From Takakia lepidozioides (taxonomy: Eukaryota > Plantae > Bryophyta): a DNA stretch of 64,000 nucleotides. A program made the translations under genes and the position numbers. Positions 1-11,987 of the stretch are shown piece by piece. The stretch lies in NCBI GenBank assembly GCA_030704615.1, contig CM060731.1, positions 54,312,001 through 54,376,000 of the forward strand. Direction: 5' to 3'. Numbering within the stretch: the stretch's first letter is position 1; the number at the start of each line of letters is the position of its first letter. Below the pieces are notes generated by a model, which worked only from the letters and a program-made list of their open reading frames with translations, ran no database searches and had not been told where the DNA came from.

Positions 1-3000
1 ATTCATCACACTTCTGACAATACTCATGTACATCTTTGAACAAAGTAGGCCACCAGTATCCTGCGAGTAGTATCTTTCTACTGGTAGTCTCTTCTCCAAA
101 ATGACCTCCAGCCACTCCTTTATGAACTTCCTCCAAGACTTTATTTACTTCATGGTGGTACAAGCATCGTTTTAGTACTCCATCAGGTCCTAACTTATAC
201 ATTCTGCTTCCTACCATAGTATAAGGTAAAGCTTTGATAGCAATTCTCTTCCTCTGCTCCTTACCATAACTAGGTGGGCACTGACCATGAGCAAGGTAGT
301 ATCTGATTGGCCACTGCCAATCTAACCATTCATCTGCACTTCCTTGCACCTCCATTACAAATAAACTCGCATCAGGTAACTGATCGTCCACTCCTGTGGC
401 GGCCTCTCCTGTTGTTAGTCGTGACAAATGATCTGCCACAAGATGCAAACGGCCAGGCTTGTAAATAACCTCGAACTCAAACTCATGCAAGATTATTAAC
501 CACCTCGCTATCCTTCCACTTATCAAAGGTTTGTTCACCAGATATATCAGAGCCTGGTGATCCACATAAAACATAAACTTTCTTCCCAATAGGTAATGCC
601 TGAATTTCTTCACTGCATAATCATTGCCAATGCTTCTCTTTCCGTTGTGCTATAGTTCCTCTCAGCACTGTTCATCAACCGGCTAGCATAGTACACAGGT
701 GAATCTATATTCCCTGTAACATTCTGGGCTAACACCGCCCAACGCTTCTCCTGATGCATCGCAGTGAACATGAAATACTACATGCCAGTGAGGGTTAATC
801 AGCACAGGTGTAGTTGTTACTGACAGTGTAAGTTCCTCAAACGCCTGTTGACATTCAGCTGTCCAGGCAAACACTGCATCTTTCTTCAGAAGCTTGCTCA
901 ATGGTGCTGCTATTTGTGCACCTTTTGACAAATCTTCTGTAATAACTGGTTTGCCCAAGGAATCTCCTTAACTCTTAACATTCACTGGTGGTGGAGAGGC
1001 TTTAATGGACTCTGTCTTCCTGGGATCCACAAGGAGTCCCTTCTTACACACAATGTGTCCCAGAAGCACCCCTGAGTTCACACAGAAAGTACACTTCTCT
1101 GGATTCAGGCCCAGACCTCTCATCCTGCATCTGGCCAAACATAACTCCAATTTATGCAAGTGCTCATTCTTAGAGCTGTACACACTGAAATCATCCAAGA
1201 AACTGCATGAAATCATCCAGATACTCATGAAAAATTCACTTATCACTCTCTGAAAGGTCGCTGGTGCATTACAAAGTCCAAAGGGCATGACTTTGTATGC
1301 ATAAGCCCCCCAGTCTGTGATGAAAGCTGTTTTCCCTTGGTCTTCTTCTGCCACTTGCACTTGATTATAACCACTGAAGCCATCCATGAATGAGTACATC
1401 TCATGGCCTGCCACAGTGTCTAATACTGCTTCTGTGAATGGCAAAGGGAAAGGATCTTTCTTCGTACAAGCATTCAGCTTCTTATAGTTCACACATACTC
1501 TTAGTTTGCCATTCTTCTTGGGAACTATAACAATGGGTGACAACCAAGTTGTATACTCTATTGGGTATATAAACTTAGCCTCAGCCAACTTCTTTATCTC
1601 TTCTCCAACCTTCTGTGCGTAGTTGGGATTCATTCTATACCTCGCCTGCTTGATTGGTACTGACCCTGGTTCCAGTTCAATCTTATGCTGACAGACTTCA
1701 GGTGGTATCCCTTTTAGATCCTCATAGCTCCAAGCAAATACATCTCTGTATTGATGAACAAGCTTTTAGCTTCTTCGAAGAATTCCGGCTCCAAATCAGC
1801 TCCTACTTTCACCATCCTCGGTTCCTTGAGTTCCCACATTTACTTCTCTCACCTGCTCATCAGCTGTGATTGTCCAACCAGTCACCACTTCATCCTGTAA
1901 GCTCACAGTGGCTGGTTTCTAGGATTTCTATTTCTCCTTCTTTTCTTCATAGAAATGTGATGGGTAATGCTGGTTTCCTCTTCAGTTGGTGTTGCTGTCA
2001 CTACACCACAGCAGATACCTCTCAAACAACTTAGGCTTTCCAGCCGCATCTCTGCAACCTGCTCCCACTCTGGGTGTGCAGCAAATAGGGTAGCTTCCTG
2101 CTCCTCATCCAGTCCTCCCTCCAGTCATACTCTCTGACTCCTCGAGGTCTTCTTGTAGCAGGTAATCTACTAGATTTTTGTGGTAATTTGTATCTCGTGC
2201 ATCCCATTATGCACAGTTAGTAACTGAGAATTCCAGTCATGGAATACCCTGGCCTGTTTCAGCCACGGACGTCCCAATAATAAGGAGTAAGCCTCCATGA
2301 CTTCATCCATTTTTAATACAGTTACTGTGATCATAAAGATCATTTTCTGTATCTGTATCTTAACTCCTCTTATTAATCCCAATGGCTGTACACTTCTTTG
2401 ATCTGCCATTGTTGTAAATGGGGCTGGTTTCATGTTACTTAGACCAAGCTTCTTCCTTAATTGGTCTGTCATGATATTTACTCCAGAACCCCATCTATCA
2501 GTACATCAGTTAGTTCTGTGCTTCCAATTCTCAATTGGATTACTGGCATAGAATCATCAAAGTCCATGACTGGTTCTCGCCCTTCCGGCTTCACATTATA
2601 ACTGGTCACCTTGCTGTTCAGGTCTGTGTTTCCTGTCTCTTGGGCAATTCGATTGATTGCCTGATACAGCCTGTGCCTACAATAAGGTGCCACAGCTAAT
2701 AGCTGTCCAATGGTAATTTCTGCTTTGGTCTGACATATTACTCAGCCAAAGTCTCTTCATTACTTTGCATGTCTGCATCTTCTTTTTTCCTTTCTTCCTC
2801 ACTCCTTCTTTTTTCTCCATCCGAATCAGAGGAATCTGCCACAGGAATATCAGTACTCTTTTGCATTTCCCTTATAGTATCTGCCACTTCCTTGTGCAGT
2901 TCCTTCTCATCTTTCCAAGTCTCTTCATCTTCAGGCATATCATTGCCACTTCCAGTCTCATCTTCTTCCTCTTCTACTGGAGGTATTAGTTTGGCTTTAC

Positions 3001-5048
3001 TTTGTTACTATCATTGTACTTACTTCTGGTACAACACATGGCCTAACCATGTGAGCTGCCACCACTGGGCCCTCATTCACAGGAGCTCTCATCTCATTCT
3101 GGTGTCTTATCCAGAATGAACAGGCTGCCTTGCGATGTCCTGGCTGATTACAATAGTAACATAGCTCTTCACCATTGGGTCCTCGCCCTTGGTCTGTTCT
3201 TGGATTATTTCTATAATCCTGATTCCCGGGCTGGTAATTCCCCCTTGGATTACCCTGATAGTTGCCTCTGGAATTTCCTTGGTAATTCCCTCTTGAATTA
3301 CCTCTCCCTTCCATGCCATTGTTATAACCACCAGACCTACCATAGTGGTCCTGATCATTGTTTCTTCTTGGCTGGGGCTGCACCTGATGCCCACTTGCCT
3401 AGGTTCTCTTGCAGCTGTCCTTCTGTTGTAGTAACAATTCTCAGTAGAATGGTTATCCATTTTACAGATAGTACAGTGTTTCTCCTTCATGTGGCATTCT
3501 GTGGTGGTATGGCCTTCATTCTGGCACTTTGCACACCATACACCCTTCCTCCAATGTGTTGCAGCCTCTGTGGCATACTTCTTCAAGATTTCTTCCAATT
3601 TTTTTCATAGTTATCCCTCTTCAACTTTTCCTTTCTCTTACTCTTTCTTTTTAGTTCTTGCTCTTCTTCTTCATCTGACTCATCCTCAGAGTCCTCATCT
3701 TCTTTTTCTCTCTCCTGAGCATTCCCAATTGCTCAATTCTGTTCGCAGTTTCAAATGCCTCCTCCACTGTATTATGGGGTAACATATCCACTTTCTTTGC
3801 AACTCTGGTCTTAGTCCACTCACAAACCAAGTCTTCTGTAAACCGGGCGCTGGTACTGCAGCCAGCTTTTTCATCATCAATTCCATCTTCTCCATATACT
3901 CTTCAACAGTTTCATGCTTCTTCTGCTTCAGCTGTTGTAAACTTCCATACACTTCATCCTCAGTTTTACTTGTCCTGAACCTATTTCGAAATGCTGTATT
4001 CAAGCCATTCCAGGTTAGGAAATGATTATCAGGGAATCTTGCATACCATTCACTTGCTTTCTTGATAAGTGAACAAGGAAACAGTCTCATCTTGGCATCA
4101 TCGCCATTCTCATTGTTCACTATACACATGTGCTCAAATTGGCTAATGTGTACATCGGGATCCCCTTTTCCTGAATATATTGGAAAGGGTGGTTTTGCCC
4201 GTGTGGTTGTAACGCCATCTGTGGCCCTACCTTCTGCCCACTGACAGGTGCTGGCACCCTTGCTGGTGCTGGTCCTTCTGGACCTGTTGTTTTTGTGGTG
4301 GATCTTCCACCAAGTGGTGGCCCTTGAGCACTCCTGCTTCTGGCCCCACGATATTCACAGTATTCCCAGCTTCAGTTGCACTACTTCCCACACTCCCTGT
4401 CCCCCCAGAGCCAGATCCAGGCAGCCCGCCTGATCCCCCTGAGCCGACACCTTCGTTGGCCTGTGATCCAAGTGCTCCACTTGATCCAGGTCCAACGGGT
4501 TGGGATGTCCTGGTTGTAGTCTCAACCTCAGCTGTTGGGTCTACTTCTTCATATTCTTCCTCTTCCAATTTCTTCTCTCTGTTTTCATCCTCCAAGTTCT
4601 GCCCTTGGGTTTCTTCTTCACTCATGTAACTCAACTGTAATGGTGTTGGAGAGTCTGAACTCTCCGTTGGCTCTGCCACATCCTCTTCTCCTTCTTCATC
4701 TTCTGCTTCAGAAACTGGAGTTCCTGCTTTTGGTGTTCCATGCCAACTCTTATCAAAGATTTCTGTCAAGTCTTTTATCCAAGGATGTACCTCAGATCTT
4801 TCACCTCGTGATTGATCTTCTTCCTGTACCAATTCCCTTAATCTTTCTTGCAAAGAAACAGAAGGAGTGGCATCCAACTCTAGTTCTTCCGGTATAGGTG
4901 ATGCACTCTTTGATCTTGATGGTGTGAGAGGTCCAGATGATTCCCCTATGTCTATTCCTCTCTCCCAAAGATATGGATAATTAGCTTTCAGATAGCTTTC
5001 TCTTTTTGCTGAATATCTCTGTCGTCTAGCTTCTCTTTCATCACTCAT
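1..5048 (-). pseudogene. Degenerate gag-pol polyprotein of gypsy family A
   Basis: ORF fragments 4227-5048, 3695-4129, 3107-3598, 2997-3383, 2478-2693, 2170-2472, 968-1633 and 683-958 in canonical gypsy order, broken by frameshifts and stops. Confidence 0.92.
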
Positions 5049-5069
5049 GTCCCATGTCTTTCATTTCTT

Positions 5070-5459
5070 TTAATGTGGCAATAACCAAAACTCTCTTCTG
5101 TAATATCTCTCGTATATGCCTGGGTTTCTTTCAAGCTTCAATGCACCCTTGGCTATACTTGAAGTCTCCGTTACCATATAACCATATGGCAAACAAGTCT
5201 GAAAAGCTGTTCTTGGTGTGAGTTTGATCCACAAAATATCCTTTGGAATCCAATTCTTTACCAGTACAAGCTCTTCATGCATATGAGTATAAACATTCAC
5301 CTTTCTTTCTTCCCAGCCTTCAAACTCTACTCGTTTAATGGATAGCAATGCTATCACATAAACCAATGTTGGTAACCAACGTGCTCTTCCTCTACAGGCT
5401 ACCTGATAAATCTTTATCACTCCTTTCTCCAGACCCCATTCTGGATCAGCATCATGCAC
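5070..5459 (-). CDS. Extra 5' ORF fragment upstream of gag; unknown function
   Basis: 129-aa ORF between the PBS and gag on the element's sense strand; no recognisable motif. Confidence 0.4.
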   Translation of the reverse strand: MHDADPEWGLEKGVIKIYQVACRGRARWLPTLVYVIALLSIKRVEFEGWEERKVNVYTHMHEELVLVKNWIPKDILWIKLTPRTAFQTCLPYGYMVTETSSIAKGALKLERNPGIYERYYRREFWLLPH

Positions 5460-5634
5460 TCGTTTAAGAATATTTCTTTACAACCGTCTGGCAATTCCAA
5501 GAACCTTTGAAAGAATTGTTTGGACAATCTTTCTTCCTTCGTTCCACAGGGAATTTGATTCACTTCAAATTTTAATGGTCCAACCACCATGATCCCACCA
5601 GATGCCTGTCACATCTGGTTGTTCATGTCCCAGG

Positions 5635-5652
5635 TCCCCAGTATGGTCGCCA
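5635..5652 (-). promoter_or_regulatory. Primer-binding site TGGCGACCATACTGGGGA (probably tRNA-Arg type)
   Basis: Begins with TGG, 2 nt after the LTR 3' end (...GCGACA); tRNA identity is inferred. Confidence 0.8.
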
Positions 5653-5654
5653 AA

Positions 5655-6527
5655 TGTCGCGCGGCTTTTACTCACCCATCCCTTCGCTATCCGAGGGAAA
5701 CTCCAAGATAGAAGAGTTGGAAATCTCTAAGTACTCAGCCCGCGCAGAACAATCAGTCATGACCTACAGCTAGTGTATCATGGGGGTGTTTCCTATTTGT
5801 TTCCCTTTCCGCATTCATCTTAGCTACCTTACCATTGATAATTAAGTATCAGTTTGCTTCATCAATCTATCGGTTTCCTTCACTCTCCATTCAATCCACA
5901 GCTTCACTCAGATCTCTCTACACAGTGTGATTGTATCGTATAAGTATCAGATTATGATTTATCAGGTATCAGGCCGAAGCCATTGTGTCTCTAATGCTCT
6001 ACAATATCACTACAGCTTTGCATATAACAAGCATCTACTAATCCTCTTTCCTCCTTCACGTGCTCTCCATCTTTGCCGATCTCCCTCCCGCCTGACTAAG
6101 AAGTCCTCCTCGAATAATGATCCCCTCAATTCCCCGTTTTCCCTTTATTCCTATCCGCGGTTCTAACCGTTTCCCTCACTAACCGTCGTCTGTGAACTAA
6201 CATGTTCCCTTCGCAGGTGTTGTTCCCCACAGTCGTTCCCTGTCCTACTCTTCGTTCCCGTGACAGCTGTGTCAAGCTGTGACTGTGTGCTGTGACGGGC
6301 TGTGACTGGCTGTGCGACGGCTGGCTGTGAAATGTGACTGTGACGGGCTCGGCTGTGTCGGCCTGTGGGCTGTGAGCTGTGTGACTGTGGCTGTGTTGGC
6401 TGTGTAACCCCCTTCTACAGTGCGCTGCTGTCACCCCTAAGGCTCCTGTTGGTCTCAGTCTGTGCAAAAATTAAGGGTACCCTACAGATCCCGTATAAGT
6501 GTCTAAGTCCCCTACAGTCCTCTAACA
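5655..6527 (-). repeat. 5' LTR of gypsy family A copy 1 (873 bp)
   Basis: TG...CA termini on the minus strand (TGTTAGAGGAC...CGCGACA), followed by the PBS; reverse-complement match to 11030-11987; internal CACAGC micro-repeats. Confidence 0.93.
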
Positions 6528-7449
6528 ATGTTGAAACGCAAAAGCAGTCACGGGCTGCACCAGTGATACCAACGGAGTATGGAGCACTTGTCGCTAGCCG
6601 AGCATATATGACCAGGGTGAGCCCATCAGACACAACCTATCAAAGCGGCGTGACACAGCCTATTCACGGTTATTATTACAGCCTATTGTGACCACAGCTT
6701 TGTCACAGCCTATCACAGCTTGTATAGTAAACACAGCCTGTCACAGCTCAACACAGCCTACTAGGGTTACACAATCCATAGAATCAGTGACAGGTGGACG
6801 CAGGATAACTTCAGTGAAATGGCCGGCGGAAGAAAGGACGGAAGCCAGTTTAGAAAGGGACACGTGGAAGTCAGGGCGCAACACACAGCTGAGAAGGAAG
6901 TGCAAGAACGGATGTCATCAAGAAAGAGGACAAGAATGGCCGTCAAAATACCTAATCAGCACGTCAATTTGGATGAATGGCGGGCCCATTAATGAATACA
7001 GAAAAGGGGCAACAGAACAAACGGCAAGTACAGAAAAGCGAAATTCTTATCACATGTGTTATCCTAGTGGACAGTCCAGCAGGGAAAGTCCACTAAAGAA
7101 AATTAAATCTAAAATCCAGTCACAGCGGTTTAGCCAATCGAAAGCCAGAGAAGGGATCAAGAAATTGGAGGGAAATTAAGCGCAAGAGTCGGCGTCGTTC
7201 TAAGTAACGGGCGTCTCGACGGGACAAACCATCAATGTGATAGCTTTGAAGCTATGGAGGAACTAACAGACTATATACTCGCAATATTACTTATGCAGTG
7301 GCATAGGGACGAAAGAACAGAACAGATCTTTTCTCTTGATCGATGCTTGCAAGCCCCGCAGGCTTACAAGAAATTACCCATAGCCTTTTGTGGCAACCAT
7401 ACGTTTATGCTTTGTGCACTACAGGCATTTCTTCAATTGTTACAGCCAA

Positions 7450-10400
7450 AACATTTCTGTGGGTCTAGAATGAAGAGAGTGAGAGGAATGGAGGAAATCA
7501 GGGTGAAGAGCACCACAATCCTGCAGAAACAAACGATTGCTACTCCACAGGCGATACAGTTACTGAAGGAGCTGAGATTGCAAGGATTGCAAAGCAAAGA
7601 TTGGACATTGCACCATAGACAGTACATGTTACAATTCTTAGAGAACTTTGAGCCAAGGACAGGAGCAACAACGGTGAAGGGAGTTGAATTAGTAATTACT
7701 CCCATATACCTACAGCAATTGTTTCGATTGCCAGCAGGCCAGGTGCATGTGGAGGAGCACAGGGCAAGACTGCAAAGGGGACTTATTCCAAGAAGGGAGT
7801 TTCTTTAAAACTCAGGGTTATGCTTGTACCAAGGCCGTGTACCCAGGGCTAAGGAGGTAGGCCAGGTATTGAACGTTCTGTTTGCCATGAAACAGAACCA
7901 ACAGTATTTGAGCATCCTTCACAGAAGAAATACTCAAAGCCCTGAGAGGAGAAGAGGTAGAATGGGCGGACATAATGTACAACGCATTGGTAGAGAGATG
8001 AAAAGATTACAGGGTACTGCCGCAAAGTCTCCTATCATAGTGTCTGGCCCAATCATTGCTCAAATAATTCTTGATTCTGCATACTTGATGCGCGAGAAAG
8101 AAAGGAGATGGGAGTGTTTGAGCCAGAAACCACTGCAATGGAAGAGCAAGGCTCTTCACACAGTGAGGGTGGACTGGCAGGGCAACCCGAGAATAAGAGA
8201 CAGAGGCGGGGAAAGACTGTAGTGGCGGATCCACTGGCTTCACGGAATCCGCATGATAATGTTTCCCAAGTTTTGTGCAGGAAGGGGCACAGCAGCACAG
8301 AGAACTGCTATTACTGGAAGCAGGACCTTCAGAGAGGGAAGAGGGAAGTTACTTCAGTATCACAGCCATCACAGCCAGAGGATCGGCTTGTAACAAGGTT
8401 ACCACAAGTTGTCCATGCAGTTCAACCAGAAATAATTGATTTAGAAAAAGAAGGGTTAGATATTCCCACTACAGAACAGGTGGTGGCAGAAATTGAGAAG
8501 GGGGACCTTCTCTATGAATATTCTGGTATGGTCAAGGAACAGTGATTCCGGAGGTGCACGGTTGTCCAAGGGAAACCCTGCGGTGCATATAATACACACA
8601 CCTGTGACGGAGGTACCACAGGTAGAATGTCAAACACTGCAGCACCGGTGACGGATGAAGTGGTTCAGGAAGAAAAATGGTGGGCAATGGCCTGAATGGT
8701 TCGTAAGGCATCACACTGTTGAGGATCAGGGAGAACAGCAGCAAGCTCACCAAGATGACCCTCAACAGGCTATGCTTATGAGTTCCAAACAGGACACTGA
8801 ATTTGTTGGGTACTTATGTCAAATCCCATGTTCCCACTACTCAATTGGCAGTTGAGAGGAGGAACTCAAGAAAGTTTGAGGCTCGACTTGCCACAGAGTG
8901 TGCAAACAAGGTCGATGAAGAGGTCACTCTCAAGATGCAGCAAGACTTGGAGAGTACAGAAAGGCTTTGCAATTGGCCAAGGAACAATTGATTGAGGCAG
9001 GCCTCGCACAAGACCACTTGCACGAAGCACATAAGCAACAGCTATACCAAATGCAGGTGAAGCATGAAAGCAAGTTGCAAGAAGTGAATGCACTACATAC
9101 GGAGTTGCAGACAGTGCATGACAGGATGGCCATACAATGTGCTACACTCACAACTATGCTTGACCAATCTACAAAAGAAATAAACAGTCAAGCGGAAAAA
9201 TGTACAAAGGCAGAGGAAGAGAATGTTGAGCAAATGAAACTCATTGTCGATATGAAGAATACAATCTGTCGCAATGAGGATACTTTCAAGCAATACAGAC
9301 AGGTTGAAGCTGACCAAGAGAGCACATCCTGGAGTTGCAAAAACGGTCATGGCCAATAGAAATGAAATCTCGGTCACTAACAAGGCTTGGAAGGAAGCCA
9401 ATAATCTGCTTGCTGCCTATGCGAATTTGGTTGAACCTCATGCGAAGCGCATGGAGGCTTTACAACAGCAGTTAGATGTGTACAAACTCAGAGAGGAGCA
9501 CACTCTCAGAGGAACCACAAGCAACTTGGTGGATAACCACCTTATGCAGGTGGTTAGCACAAGGCCAGTGGAGGGCAAAGCACCACGAAAGCACCCAAAG
9601 CGAGATGAATGAGCTCAGCTGCAGTCCAGAACATTGCCACAACTACTATAGACAATGTCTATAGTAGGATAGCGGAGTTACAGGAGGATGTAGACGGCCT
9701 GCAGACTCAAGTGGAGGACCTCACTTCAAATATCGACAAAAGAGTCTATATACCTAGGAACAGCTAATGGCTTCTTATTTACAAGCCAGAACTTTGGCTT
9801 TTCAGTCTTCTTCACAGGAGGTGCAGGAGATGCCAATGGTACAAGAGCCAGTGCCACCAACACCACAACAAGTCACTGTACCAGTAGCTGACCCTGTTGT
9901 TACTACAGCCACACCACAGCCACCACAGCCTGAGGTATGGGGCAATGCTGCTTTTAACCCACCTAAAACTCCAGCTGCAAGGGAGTACAGTAGGGCTATG
10001 ATTATGCCCTTCAACCAAATTCCCATTATGTTAGATTTGGCTTGGAAAGAATTTAGTCCTCCGCAGTCATTGGCACATTACTATCAAATCATGCGCATTT
10101 GGCTGCCAGTGGCAACTAGGACTAAAGTTCTTCCGAACAATCGACCAATTGAGGATCATTACTTTGCACAGTACTGGCATGAGGCAGGTACCATGTTGAA
10201 GGAATTAATTGCCTTCCAAGTTGTACATGGATTCATTTATACCAAGACCAAGGTGGTAGCAAGTATTGTCATGGGATGCAGGTTATACTACGCTGCTTGT
10301 TTTCTGGTACGTTATTACATTGAGCAGCACAAGATGCGCTTTCTGAGTTATTCCAGTGGGGATCATTGGGTCTTACCTTCAGTGCCACCTCATATGTACC

Positions 10401-10991
10401 TATATGAGGCAAAAGTTATGATACAAAAGGATTCTCAAATTCGTTCATGGTTTCATGCGGCCTGGAACAATTTGTCAACACAGAAATTCGGCCTTGATGA
10501 TATTTTCTTTAAGGGACATGTGGCATGGAAATACTTGCACAATCCACAAGTCATTGGTACCCCCACTCACCTGGACAGACAAGGAGCTCAGGGTCTTCAC
10601 CAATTTTGCCATTCAGCGTTTACACCAAGTTTTAAAGTTTAAACTTCCAGACATGGTAGGACAACATTGTATACCCCAGAGGATTCCACAAAAAGTTCGA
10701 CAATTAAAACACCTGAGAGGCGATGAGGATTCTGATACAACTGTTTCTTCAGCGGACTCTTTTGACATGGGAGAAGACTATGCAATTCAGATGGCAGAGA
10801 AGAAGCGACGGGGGTCTCCTATGCCTGAAAGGTTACCTCGATATCAGCCTCCAGGAGGCCATATCCAGGTAGTGTTCAATCATCTCCGTCAACCAGTGAC
10901 AGACCTCGGGCTCGTACACACAGTCCGCCACGAAACTCTCAACGTCAGAAAGGGTGCTCGCTCACAAAGGTTTGCTAATCCCAATCAGTAA
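7450..10991 (+). pseudogene. Long extra 3' ORF(s) of gypsy family A: plant-retrotransposon accessory-type domain, coiled coil and a C-terminal globular region
   Basis: Consecutive sense-strand fragments: LQFLENFEPRTGATTVKGVELVITPIYLQQLFRLPAG, heptad-rich region 8803-9750, and the 291-aa ORF 9767-10642, joined by frameshifts. Confidence 0.6.
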
Positions 10992-11029
10992 ACCGTGAGG
11001 ACACGGCTTTTTGAGAGGGGAAGGGGTAA

Positions 11030-11987
11030 TGTTGGAGGACTGTCTGGGACTTAGACACTTTTTACTAGATCTGTGGGGTACCCTTAATTTTTGCATAGAC
11101 TGAGACCAACAGGAGCCTTAGGGGTGATAGCAGCGCACTTTAGAAGGGGGTTACACAGCCCGTCACAGTCCGACACAGCCAACACAGTCGTCACAGCCCG
11201 ACACAGCCCAACACAGCCAACACAGCTCGTCACAGCCAACAAAGCCCGTCACAGTCCGACACAGCCGACACAACCGACACAGCCAGTCACAGCTCGACAC
11301 AGCTGACACAGTCCAACACAGTCGCACAGCCAGTCAAAGCTTGACACAGCTGTCATGACCATAGGGAACGGATAGCAGGACAGGGAACGACTGTGGGGAA
11401 CAACATCTACGAATGGAACATGTTAGTTCACAGGTGACGGTTAGTGAGGGAAACGGGTAGGAAGATAAAGCGAGGAGCGAGGACTGGAAAAGGATCACTT
11501 CTGGGAGGGACTTCGGACATCACTGGGGGAAATGAGGCAGAGAGGGTATCTCTGAGGAGAAAGAGGGAGAGCACGGAGTAGAAGGAGGACGATCTGTTGA
11601 TGCTTAATGAATGCAGGCAGTAGAATTGTAATGTAGAGCAGATTAGAGATTCCATGGCTTCAGCCTGATACTTGATAGATATTAATCTGATACACACTTC
11701 ATACTCACACTGTGTAGAGAGATCTGAGTGAAGCTGTGGAATGAATGGATGAGTTGATGGAATCCGATAGATTGATGAAGCAAACTGATACTTAATTACC
11801 AACAGTAAGGTAACTAGCTAATATGAATGCGGGAAGGAAAACAAATAGGAAACACCCCCATGATACACTAGCTGTAGGTCATGACTGATTGTTCTGAGCG
11901 GGCTGAGTACTTAGAGATTTCCAACTCTTCTATCTTGGAGTTTCCGCCTCGGATAGCGAAGGGATGGGTGAGTAAAGCCACGCGACA
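11030..11987 (+). repeat. 3' LTR of gypsy family A copy 2 (958 bp)
   Basis: TGTTGGAGGAC...CGCGACA, preceded by a PPT; expanded CACAGC/CGACAC micro-repeats at 11155-11350. Confidence 0.93.

Larger units (their letters stand above)
1..6527 (-). mobile_element. Ty3/gypsy LTR retrotransposon (family A, copy 1), 5' part; runs off the window start
   Basis: Minus-strand order: LTR, PBS, gag (retrotrans-gag and CCHC knuckles CAKCQNEGHTTTEC, CTICKMDNHSTENC, CYYCNQPGHRKAAC), protease (LIDG.., LLGRPWL), RT (KLRVCVNYKKLN, MPFGLCNAPATFQR, FLDD), RNase H (HCDAS), start of integrase. Many frameshifts. Confidence 0.95.
6528..11987 (+). mobile_element. 3' part of a second family A gypsy copy (plus strand) into which copy 1 inserted
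   Basis: Ends with PPT GAGAGGGGAAGGGG (11013-11026) and a TG...CA LTR homologous to 5655-6527. Confidence 0.85.

Noticed and set aside
6126-6467. His/Ser/Thr-rich ORFs here and at 11091-11306, 17522-17971 and 41207-41806
   Set aside because: Translations of low-complexity micro-repeats in LTR, UTR or subterminal DNA.
5655-11987. DIRS or TIR element bounded by long inverted repeats
   Set aside because: The PBS and PPT identify both repeats as ordinary LTRs of two nested copies; no tyrosine recombinase or transposase lies between them.
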